A stretch of 64,000 nucleotides of DNA from Syncephalis fuscata S228. Its lineage: Eukaryota; Fungi; Zoopagomycota. A program made the position numbers and the translations under genes. The stretch spans positions 80,260-144,259 of the forward strand of contig JAHLTZ010000047.1 in the NCBI GenBank assembly GCA_025786725.1, read 5' to 3'. The notes beneath the pieces were generated by a model. It made no database searches. It was not told the origin of the DNA and saw only the letters and a program-made list of their open reading frames with translations. Position 1 is the first letter of the stretch. The number at the start of each line of letters is the position of its first letter. Positions 13,325-24,540 of this stretch are shown one piece after another.

Positions 13325-15735
13325 TTATTTTCCTACTTTAAATAAATTGGATAATGCAGTCAATATTAGAAACTTATGGACGACAATTGATAAGTTATTC
13401 GAATAACAGTACTTACCTTCTGTTATAATTATTTATTAGTTCCAATATTAATAAATGAACTTTATTAACACTGCCATACTCTTACTTATTATCATCCATC
13501 AAAGCCTATAGAGATAAGTCAATTGAAGATCATGAAGATAATTAGTAATAATAGTAGTTTGGAGTAGCTATTTAGCACTTACTGACTAGTTATGTTAACA
13601 ATTAGGCAGGTAAATAAATATAATTAATTTTGTATATTAATCATTTAAAGTAAACTTACTAGCTAATGATATTATTTTGACAGATATATACATAAAAATA
13701 TCACAATTAGTGTCTTTCTAATGCGTATTCAAATTTATTACTTACTAGCTGTTGTTATTGATTTAAAAATAGTATTCATCAAAATATTAGATAGCTGCAT
13801 ATTACTCTGATTGCCTTTAATTTCCACTTACAATCTAATGATAGATCGTGTAAATACAGTGTACAGTAATACCGTTAATATGTGTTTGTTTCTTTAGTTA
13901 TGAATTCAAACATACCTTTTACCGATTTCAATAAACATGCCATACAATCAATAAATGATTTAAATTAGCAAAATATTATAATGCATAATAAACATGTCGA
14001 ATAGTATAACGTGGCCAACTATACATTCTAGTCACCAACTTACCATTTGCTAACAGGTTAAAAAGTCAATTTTAGTAAACAATATAATGCAAAGGATTTT
14101 AAACGCAATCTGTGTCTGCACTTACTTATCACTAAAGTCATAATTTATACAATAAAATATTAGCTATCGCAAATAGTCTAAATACAATCTAATTCGACCC
14201 ACCGCCTATTAACATTAGTTAAAAACTATTACGTTAGCAATATGATACAATGCATATTTTCAAGTAGTACAGAAATTGCACAAGGTATAATCTTACATCC
14301 AACTGTGGTATTAATAAACCAGATTAAATATAATAAAGTATTAATTATTATCAATTAGCTGAACATATGCTTTAGCTTACGAAATTCTATTAGCATTATT
14401 TTGTTAAATGCAGCATCAAATCGAAATATATTAGTAATCTAGGATTTATAGTGATCTATAAACTTACTCATATCTATTGAAATTGGATTCAGAATACATT
14501 ATTAATGTTTTATTATGCTAATGATAATAGAAAATTACCGTCAACTATTTTAATAAACAAATGATTTAGATAATATAATGGTTAGTTTATATTCTAAATT
14601 AAAAATATTATGATTACTTACGAACTTCTATTAGTTTTAATAATGCAGCATAGTTTGTTAAACCTATTGGAAACTTAAGTTTTATTCAACTTACTATCTA
14701 TAAATACGGTTAATCAATCAAATTAAAATTGAGTTAATACGCTAATGACAATTTACAACTAAAACTCCAAACCTTAAGCTTACTTTTTTCTAATAATTGG
14801 TATTTATCAGTTATGTATAATAGCAGTAAGCGGCAGTCTCTTTTTAATTGCTTAAATCATAACCTACCAGACGCTATTTTTACCATATAGCAAACATTGA
14901 TAGTCACAGCAATCGGTAGTTAGTAGTTGAATACTTATAAATTATTGTAATTTACCCGGCACTATGCGTGTTTTTAGTACAATTAAAGCGCCATGTAATT
15001 AGTTATTATCCAATTAACAAAGTTGTAACTTACAAGATTCTATCATCATTTAGGCATTGATATTGGTATGTAAAACAATGTTAGTTATGGTATAAACACT
15101 GATACCATAAATTACCGGAAACTATCAATGATAATAATTTATAAATACGCAGTTAGAATCTTCAGATAATTGTTACATATTACAACTTACTTAATGCTAT
15201 TAATATCAATTTGGAAAATATAGAGCATCAATATAAAGCTAGTTTATGAATTAATCATTTAGATTCTAACTTACCAGAACCTATTTCAGCAATTTGATGA
15301 ATATTTAATATAAAATTTAACATTAACTTACGTAGAGCTATCGATAGAAATTGAGAATGTTAGATAATAGCTAAATATAAACATTTATAATGTAACATAC
15401 ATGAACCTAATAAACAAGTTAGCGAACTAAACAACAATAAAGCATAAATAAATGTTAAACGTCCGATTACAACTTACATTTTGCTGTATAGACGTGTATC
15501 AATTAAATATCAATAAACTAGTATATTAGATGTTATACAGCTGCTTAACACTGTGTCTTACGATCATCTATTTGTGTTATTTTATTATAAATAATAGCAA
15601 GAAGTTAATAGTTTACTAAAGATAATTTTTGTTGCAACATACCGCGGCGAACAATCAATGGTTGGCGTTAACGTCAATAACACTTGTTAGACACGCAACA
15701 ACGGTCGTGCAAAGAATCGCCGTAGTAAGTCTCAT
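13325..15735 (-). CDS. Micro-exon gene (about 29 exons, 25 of them 3 or 6 nt) encoding a small secreted Cys-containing protein; 3' end uncertain
   Basis: The + strand pattern [CTTAC/ATTAC/TTTAC/CATAC/CCTAC/CCCAC]-N6 or N3-[CTA/CTG], which is AG|microexon|GT on the minus strand, repeats every 57-97 nt. Exon 1 (15735-15643) encodes a signal peptide. Microexons 2-21 read DDPKCSSLRSALISESLPASEKNKVLDDMKFLGCVITN without stops in phase 1 only. Confidence 0.85.
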
Positions 15736-16302
15736 GGTTGCGTTGGCTCAGTTCAGTAAAACAAAAATGTTGTGTTAAAATGGAAAGTGAAAGTATGTAC
15801 CTTTCATCTAGCGGTCTACGCACTTGTGCGCTATTTAAGTCTGTAGTCTGGCCTGTTTGACGCACAATAAACTAATTATAGATACCAAGTCTATGCATCC
15901 GTATGTGGTATTAGTCCACGTGCATACTATTTTCATCATAGCGCTTATGTGTCGAGTGTAAAACAACATTTTTTTATTGACCAAAGCGCTGTAACGCCTT
16001 TGGTAGCAGCGACAACAAAGGCGTATGCAGTCATTTATAGCAAAAAATAGATTGATTCATGGCGTTGATACAAGCAGCATCTGCATTGCATGCCTTTGGC
16101 CTTGTGCTTTTCATGCAGATACAAAGGTCTAGAATGCTTTTGAAAGCTTGTTTGAATATAGCATTACGCTATTCCAGTACACCTGTTAGTTATTAGCTGT
16201 ACGCATACAATTACAAAATCAATTGCTTGACTAACACTATAGTATACCATAACATAATATATAATAGTGTGGGGTAGAATGGGAATGATATAAGTGGATA
16301 TA

Positions 16303-16420
16303 GGATGTATGCATACTGGATAACAAATCTATGATGATGAGTATTTGATGATTGATGTCACTCACTACTTATTATCGTGTTTAATAAGAAGAATATCACC
16401 AAATTTAGTCATTTGATTCT
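16303..16420 (+). repeat. Dispersed roughly 120-140 bp repeat, copy 1 (others at 30564-30687 minus and 45163-45305 plus)
   Basis: Shared TATGCATAC(TG)GATAA.AAATCTA.GAT.ATG.GTATTT...TGTCA..CAC...TTTAATA...AAAT.TAGTCATTTG. Confidence 0.75.
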
Positions 16421-16968
16421 TGAATTATATTAAATAGTTAATAAAGCCAATTTATTTAATACATAAAACTAAATACATATTTAAAGACCAGTATCTAGTA
16501 TTGATGCTAGTTATTGTAATGAATTAATAATACATACTTGCTAAGTTTGTTACGCTTGCTGTCTTTAATTTTTGGAAAATAAGAAGCTGGCACTTTTTTA
16601 TCTTGGAAGAAAGGGCGCGCTTAGCTGTTTCCTGCTCTTACTAAAAGCACTTTGAGTTTGCATGACATGGTTTACCTAAATAGTATTTTGCAAACATTGG
16701 GTTTTTATCTTTTTAATCAGTCCACGTTTTACAATTTTTGTAAATGGTATCAGCACATTCTAAGCTAATAAAAAGTTTTCCATTTCTATAATTTAATAAC
16801 TATTTTTAGCAATACCTGTAAATTTTCAAATTTATCAGCTTTTAGCTATATAAATATATAAAATAAAAATGGCGCATTCTATTCTCTCTTTGTAACAACT
16901 ATTTTTTTACTTTCACAAATACACAAATAGGTTTTATTTGCAATTTATTTTATAAATACTGGTCCAAT

Positions 16969-18332
16969 ATGACTAGCTTTACTTTGTGCAACGTTATATC
17001 AACTTGTGCTTTAATAGCGCTTTGCAGTGTATCACTGGTAAATGCTATTTACTCAAAAATTGGTGGTAAGTGTGCATATTTGTGTTAAATCTGTGGTTTT
17101 TAGTAAAATTAATATCCATAATAGCTAAGCTTGGTTTTGAAAGTCCTGGGTATATTTATTTTAAAAATGAAGATGCACTTAAAGGTCATGGATTTGCCTC
17201 AATCAAATGGATTGGTGGATCACATGAAGTAAGCGTTGGCGATGTCGTATGGAATAATCAGCGTAGATTTCTAAAATGTATAAAGGACAGCATGCTGTAC
17301 CGCGAAGATGAAGCATTTAATGTAAGAACCTGGCTTGTTATTAAAAAATTGACTCACCAAGAAATAGGTATTAAAAGAAGTAGAAGACAAAAATTTAATT
17401 CAAGACGACATGGCGAAAGGCAAGGCGTATGTTCAACAGCCGATACATAAATTTGAAGTACCAAAAGCATATAATAATCGTAAAAACGATGTTTGTTATA
17501 TCTACTCATTTGCTGAGGGTGCTGATTTGAACGACTTCATCAATACAAAATCATGGGCAGAAAAGGCTACATTTCTTCCACAAGTGTTTTATCAAGTGGC
17601 TCAAGGTATGTAGTAATGTTATAAATTTTATATTTTACCAACAGTAACTAGGTACTATGTATTTACGCTATGCCAACTTAATTCATAACGACTTGGAGGG
17701 GAAAAGTACGTTGATACATGTGTTTGTATGGTTATCTAACTATTTTGAGTAGACATCATGGTTTGGCAAATACCGAATTCAAAAGACGTAAAAGTGACAA
17801 TCATCGACTATGATGTTTCTGGACAATTGGTCCAAAATAATGTTTTAGTCACTAAAAAATTGGTGCCACCACAAAATTTGGATAAAACACCAGCTTATAA
17901 CTTATGCAATCAAGAAGATATAATTTTGTCCCGAACAATATTCAGATCTATTACTGGAGTTTCACCGTATCAATTTACGGGCAATAAAGCGAATATATAT
18001 AGAACTTGTTGGAGATTTTCCGATTAACAGCGCAAATATCACCACAAACAACATCGGATAAACTTGAAAAACTAGAACAAATGAAAGCAAATTTTATTAA
18101 GCATTATCAATATCCACAATATGGACTGCCAATACTTCCAACGCAATCTGACGCAACAGCAGCAAAAAAACTATTAGGACTTCTTGAATTTATGATGGAG
18201 CTAAACATGGGCAATAACTCTGACTGTTTAATCCAATTTAAATGATGACGCCTACCTATACAGCTGAAAGAAATAAAGCAAATAATAAAACAAACGTAGA
18301 ACACATTTAAACAATTTACAGCTAATATTTAG
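16969..18332 (+). CDS. Secreted protein-kinase-like protein, copy B (exons 16969-17065, 17125-17321, 17368-17605, 17652-17705, 17753-end); C-terminus disrupted, possibly truncated or pseudogenised
   Basis: Same signal peptide, intron positions and HNDLEGKN / IIDYD motifs as copy A. Frameshifts at about 18007 and 18232; TAA and TAG where copy A has CAA and TGG. Confidence 0.75.
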
Positions 18333-18820
18333 TAAAAAGTAAACTAGTAGTGCTTATAATATTTCTTTTGTGTATTAGATAATAATAATGATCAAATATC
18401 TTGGTACAATAAGTACTGCAAATAATACATTAAATACATATCTTTATTTTTACGAATCTATATACTGCCATGTTACACATCAACTATTCAAATTATTTAC
18501 TTTACTGTTATTACTAAATTACTATTTTATAGCGGCATTGTAACAGACACATATTATGGATAATATAGCTATGCATTAAACTCATTATTAATTTTAGTCA
18601 TACTGTAGCAGATGATAAACTCGTTTATTCAAATACTAATAATAAAATACTATATAATCATACTCAAATAGCACATATTAATAAAGCAAGTTTATATAAT
18701 GCAATAGTAAATAAGCAATATTATTTATAGATTTCATTTACTTGCAGAATTGTGATTTAATTGTATAAAACAGAAATCATTCCTAATAGTCGCTTTTCAT
18801 TGGTAGATAGATATTGCTAT

Positions 18821-21636
18821 TCATTGCTGGTTAGATGAAGAAGAAGAAGGAGATATACGTACACCCGAAGGCATGGACGACATCGAGGCTGATGTGCGTC
18901 GTTGCTGTTGTGGTATAGATACAGAAGAGGACAAAGCAGAGGCCGTCATCGTTATTGTAGCCGGAGCGGCAGATGTCGGCGCATGCATACCATGGCCTGG
19001 ATGATAATAGTACGAAGGCATTGTTACTGTAGGATCTTCTCCTATATGATCTTCGTCAGTATAGCTTTTTCTGCTGTTATTCGCATTATTGCCACTATTT
19101 GTTGTGACTGCTGCTGGTGCGGTAGGCGAATAGGGCATGGGATTATAGTAGATGGCGTTACCAGTTGGTGCACCGCCACTATTAGGCGGCATGAATAGTG
19201 GCATTGCTCCCGGATAAGGTATGTATGTTGGCGGCATCGATTGCGGCGATGGATGATTGGGATCAACGCCAGTTGAATAAGGCACGGAATACTGACTCAC
19301 TACAGGTCTATTCGTTCTGATTATTAGTATCTATTGTGTAATGTATACCATGTTACTTACCGGCCATAATAGCCACCAGCTGATGAATTGCCGCCTGTAG
19401 TATTTGTAGCGCCACTGCCGGCACCGGCACCAGTACCACCAGCACCACTTGTAGCATTGACCGGTGTAACGGGCACTACTAGGCCACTGGCCGTTTGTAC
19501 AAGAATCGGTTGATGCGATACACTCACTTGCGACGAAGCACGATGATGGTGAGCATGGTGAGGATGTGTCTGCGATGGATGCTGATGATGATGTGGATGA
19601 TGTGGGTGGTGATGGTGTGGATGAATAGCTGGTGGGCCGTGTGATGTCATCATTTGATAGGGATTGCCATCGGTAATAGGAATAGTTAGACCATTGGCGG
19701 TTGTATAAAGATAAACAACTGGACTTGTTGTCGGTGCTGTCGTTGTAGCCGTTGCCGTTGTATTAGTACCGGTACTTGTAGTGCTAGCTGCACTAGTTGG
19801 TGCAGCAGTAGACGCAGCCGAGTTGACCATTGACGTCATGGTGGATTTCGTCGCAGTAACTGTCGATTGGACGGCATTGGCAGCAGCATTGGCAGCAGCA
19901 GCAGCCATACCTGCATTAGCAACCGTTTCTGCCGTAGGACCAAGTGGCTGAGCTATTGGACTATTTGCAGCTATTGTCGTTACAGTAGATGTTTGTGTGG
20001 CCATTTCTTTAACTGCAGCCTGTTCTTCTACCACGGCTACATTAGTAACAGCTTTTTCTTTTGGTTTCGGCTGTGATGGTGTCACTGCTGGGTGTGTTGA
20101 GAATTTGGCTGCACTATTATTATTGGTCGCTGCAGATGGTGTACCCGATAATGTCACATTAACAATATTTCCAAAACGTATTTGACGACCCTTAGACGAT
20201 GATGGTGGCAATGGTGCTGATGGTGTTTCTGTAACATCAACAGCAGTTTTATCTAATAGATTTAGTGTTAATTGTGTAAAATGGTTTAATTTAGTTTGAT
20301 TACCTTTACTTAGTGTTGTATCAGCCTTTTGCTTATTAAATGTAGTTGTTCCAGTTTCTACAGCAGGCCTTGGCTTGTATGTCTTTTGATCAGGCTTTAG
20401 TGTTGCCACGTAATGATCGCGACCTTCCATGCCTTCTCCTCGGAATCCACCAAATGACTAAGTATTTGATATTAGTTACTGTTTAATTACATTATTATAA
20501 TAACTTACACTATTGTCATGCAAGGACACACCTCTGCCTCTACCTCTACCTCTACCTCGGAAAGGTCGGCCTCGTCCGGTGGCACGATATAAACCAGTGC
20601 TATTTCCTCGATAACCTGTAGGTGTTACTCTTTCTCGCTGCTGTTCTGTTCGTACTAGCTCTTCGAATCCATCATGGCCCCACTGTCTTCCTGCATTGCC
20701 GCTATAGTTATTTGAGACGGCTTTGGTATGAGGTGCTGCTGTATCAGTCTCTTTTGTTGCCGATTCAGACTCATTTGACTTGATCGGTGTTGGGTTAGCT
20801 TTAACGGATTCTTTTGTTGTAGTAGGCGGCACTGCAGATACTTTATTCGACTGTTCGCGTACTGGCGGTGTATTTACCTCTTTGGTTACCGCAGTAACAG
20901 TACGTTTATTATCATCGTCATTGTTTACATTGCTGTTACGTGGTCGACTGGGATAAGATGCCATAGATCGCGGATAGCCACGTCCTCGCGGCATAGCACG
21001 ACTGTACTGCCCTCGTCCACGACTAAAGCCTCGTCCACGCGGTCGATTACGTAATCCATCAGGCATAAATCGGTCGTCGTGGCCCCAAAATGAACCAATG
21101 TGCGGTACAAAGGACGGATCATCGGCTAATCGCTGTCGATATTCATTGCGTACCTTTTGTCTTTGTTCAAAGGCATTATCCGCAGCTTTGAATCGGTTGG
21201 TTCGCAAACGACCTTCCTCTCTACATCTTGTGGCAAATACTGGCGGTGATGATGATCGTAATTTACCACCACGTCCTCTAATCGGTCTACCTCTTGTAGA
21301 GGGCGCAGTTGTACGTTTTGATTTATTTGTAGCGTTCTGTTTTTTTGTATCTACTACAGCTTCTTTACTGCTATCACCAACTACTTCGTCTTCTTCAGTA
21401 GCTGAATTACCTAACTCTTCTTCTTCTTCGTCGTCGTCGTCGTCGTCGTCTTCTTCTTCTTCTTCATTTTTATCTTCTGTCTCGTCTTCTTCGTCGTCAT
21501 TTTCCAATTCACTTTCTTCTTCTTCTTCTTCAGATAAAGTGCCTACAGTACCCTCAGAATACTCGGACAGAGAGTCTTCCGCCTCATCGGCGTCTTTCTT
21601 TCTAACATCGGGTGCACGACGTCGCAAACGATTCAT
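18821..21636 (-). CDS. Btz/CASC3 (Barentsz/MLN51)-domain, low-complexity RNA-binding protein (introns 20508-20458 and 19360-19308)
   Basis: DDPSFVPHIGSFWGHDDRF ... QWGHDGFEEL is the Btz/SELOR motif pair. Acidic N-terminal tract, RG repeats, His/Thr/Pro-rich C-terminus. Splice phases are consistent. Confidence 0.75.
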
Positions 21637-21946
21637 AACTGTAAATAGACACGTGTTAGATGGTTTGTTAGGCTTACAGCCTTCTTCTATTAATGTCAAC
21701 AACTCACCAGAATAACAACTAATAAAACACGACTGGACTGAATAATAGTCGTTTGGAAACGAGGTAGATTCGAATACAGTGGCGTCAAGAGGAAAGTGAG
21801 AGCAGATCGTGGAAAAAAGGAGTCGACTTCAACCAAAAGTCAACCAAAACCAATGTTTTTTCATTATTTCCACCATAATAAACAACAAAATTAAACTTTC
21901 ATTTATTAAAAATATCGTGTAGTAAACTTTCTTTTTAACACCAACA

Positions 21947-23551
21947 ATGGACACCATCATTACCAATACTGCACCACAACCAATGGCTGAAAGCCGGTTA
22001 ATAGCAGTATTGACTGCACTGCCATCTAGCGACTATTGGCAGTTTCTTTTATATTTGAATGGTTCGACAGTGGCACGCCTAAGTGCTTGTTGTCATTTAT
22101 TAAAAGAGAAGATACGGACCGATAGCTTATTATGGCAGTATCTTTATCATAACCAGTTTCTAAATAACGAGCTTAAAGTTAAAGAGATGGATTTTGTATA
22201 TTGGTGTACACGTTCCAGTCCTAATACACAAAACGTGCCAAATAGTAATAAATCAAGTGTAATTGATTGGTATGATGTCTATCGACGACGAATCATTACT
22301 GAGCAAAATTGGCGATATGGCCGTGGTCAGCGCACTGTTATTCCACTGCCCGAACCTGATAAATATAAGCAATGGTCGATTGGTAATAACTCTGCCACAG
22401 GCATGATATTATATGGCCATGCGTATGGAAATAATCTACAGCGTGGTCCTGCTGTGGTAGTCATCGAAGGTACACCCATCAACAATATAGCAACTAATTT
22501 AAAAACAAGTGCTATTAATGATTCAAGTAACATGACACTAAGGCCTACTTTAAAAAGATTAGAATCAAACGAATTGAAAGATAGTAATAAGAACTGTATA
22601 ACACTTATGAGTAATCAATATATCGTTACAGTCATTAGCTGTTTCTATTCTAGTACAGTTTACATGGAAATTCGTGAACGAGGCTCGCTTAATCTTAAAT
22701 CAACAATCCATCTACCTTATCGCTCAAGTATACAAATGATTAAGGGTCGATGGGCCATGTTCATCTATCGTGAAATGACATATAATGAGGCACATTCTGC
22801 CAAACTTATGGTATGGGATATAGAACGCGGTATGGCTTGTCCCGGCTCAATCGACGATCTTGGCAATACACGGTCATTTCATCAAGTGAACGAGGAGACA
22901 GCATATGTATATGTAGCAAAATGTGATTCTGCAACACCAACGACTATCCATTGGATGTACTATGTATTTTCAGCAACAGAATCTGTACGTCTCGTAAAAC
23001 AAAGCAGCTTTCAGACTAGTCAGCGGATTGTTGCATGCTTGGCAGATTTTACATTTGATTCAACTCGAGCTTTAATTAAAACACTTAATTCTACCCACCA
23101 ACACCAGTTCTTCCTACACAGCATTGCTGCAGACACACAGCAACAGCAGCAATTATCAGAACTGCTAATACCAAAAAATAATGCAGCTATTGAATTGGTA
23201 TTACGCGATATAAGTAGCGACACGAGTGAAATGCAATCTATTGTGCAGTTATCTGATGCAAGCGAGAATAATGTCGATATGGATAATTATGTTGGCTGTC
23301 AGACTTATGAAGAAATAGATAGATGGAGTTCATCTCGGTGTCTGCATCTTATCGGGCAATTATGTGTTTTTATTGAGCTTTGTACTTCAGGATTAAAACG
23401 TGCAACATTGGTCGATGTTAAGACGAATGCTTCTGTTCGATTCTATAGTCCCTATGCTACTAATAATGATTGCGCCTTTTTAATGACCTCATTTATTTGC
23501 TTGGTACCTAATCGTAATGAATTGGTCATTGTTGATTATGGCGCATTGTAA
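21947..23551 (+). CDS. Intronless F-box-like protein with divergent beta-rich C-terminal region
   Basis: 534-aa ORF. N-terminal LPSSDYWQFLLYLNGSTVARLSACCHLLKEKIRTDSLLWQYLY resembles an F-box, followed by DWYDVYRRRIITEQNWRYGR, like the linker of F-box/WD proteins. Confidence 0.65.
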   Translation: MDTIITNTAPQPMAESRLIAVLTALPSSDYWQFLLYLNGSTVARLSACCHLLKEKIRTDSLLWQYLYHNQFLNNELKVKEMDFVYWCTRSSPNTQNVPNSNKSSVIDWYDVYRRRIITEQNWRYGRGQRTVIPLPEPDKYKQWSIGNNSATGMILYGHAYGNNLQRGPAVVVIEGTPINNIATNLKTSAINDSSNMTLRPTLKRLESNELKDSNKNCITLMSNQYIVTVISCFYSSTVYMEIRERGSLNLKSTIHLPYRSSIQMIKGRWAMFIYREMTYNEAHSAKLMVWDIERGMACPGSIDDLGNTRSFHQVNEETAYVYVAKCDSATPTTIHWMYYVFSATESVRLVKQSSFQTSQRIVACLADFTFDSTRALIKTLNSTHQHQFFLHSIAADTQQQQQLSELLIPKNNAAIELVLRDISSDTSEMQSIVQLSDASENNVDMDNYVGCQTYEEIDRWSSSRCLHLIGQLCVFIELCTSGLKRATLVDVKTNASVRFYSPYATNNDCAFLMTSFICLVPNRNELVIVDYGAL

Positions 23552-24540
23552 TAAAATAAACATTAGTATATTTTATATTAAAATAATGATATATACAATA
23601 AATAATAAATAACAGTTATTACTGATATGCAATACTATGGATACATAAGGTACGACTGAAAAGAAAAAATGTAAGTTACGTTTAAATTAATTGACCAAAA
23701 TTAACTAAACTTGTGATTTCAAAAATTAAACACTAAAATAAGATTTAATCTAAAGTAAATTCGAAACACTCTACAGCGCTCAAACAAGCATAATAAAAGC
23801 TGCTATTTAGAAATACCAATATGCTGTGACAATCTATGTAATATACATATACGGATAACGTAAAGCTTTGTTAACCAATTACACGTAAATTGCATTTTTG
23901 GTCAACTTTTGTTACAAAAATCATTGTTCTATTTCTTATGCTAATCTGTATAACTAAACACGAAGAATTCGAATCCGGCAGTTATTTTGCTGTATTTTAA
24001 GTATATAAGTCATAAATGACTAAAAACTGTTATTTTTGCACATTTATTAGTGTATTATCACAGTTATTACACCATCATGCAATATAGTTACGGTATACTT
24101 CGTCAATAGCTATCTACATATTATACCCATACTCATGCAAAATACCATACAGTTTGTTTATTGTACGTAAAGCTATACAAAATATTAATAAAGTTTTACT
24201 AATTAAATAGTAATGATTATTTTTTTTAATTCACATTGCATTGTCTTTTACCAGCTAATTACATTATAATCGCTTTTAAGCTGTTCCTGACTATTATAAG
24301 TCGATAGTAAAGTGTTTAAATAAAATGGTAGTTGGTGTTGATATCCAATATACTTGCTGTCTTAAGACCACACACATATGGTGTATTGTTCATTATATAG
24401 TATAATTAGTCACATTGTTATAGTAATATGACATAATATCATAATAATAACAGCATATTAGGATACATGTTTGAGTATCCTACTAAATGATGTTTATTTA
24501 CCCAATCTGCTTACTTTATAGCAAGTTTAATGAACAAATC

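Noticed and set aside
13400-15650. Regularly spaced ACTTAC motifs read as a CRISPR array or tandem satellite
   Set aside because: The recurring unit is only the splice signals (reverse complements of GTAAGT and YAG). The intervening sequences are introns, there is no 25-45 bp repeat, there are no cas genes, and the context is eukaryotic.
15674-15865. 63-aa minus-strand ORF overlapping exon 1 of the micro-exon gene
   Set aside because: Non-ATG start, different frame and no features; the ATG at 15735 gives a clear signal peptide.
16330-16341. ATGATGA as the C box of a C/D snoRNA
   Set aside because: Not conserved in the other two repeat copies, and no convincing D box or terminal stem.
21098-21715. 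205-aa Ser-rich plus-strand ORF, and similar antisense ORFs inside PhK, clathrin, SEC7 and SET1
   Set aside because: Antisense shadows of real coding sequence (here the acidic GAA/GAC tract).
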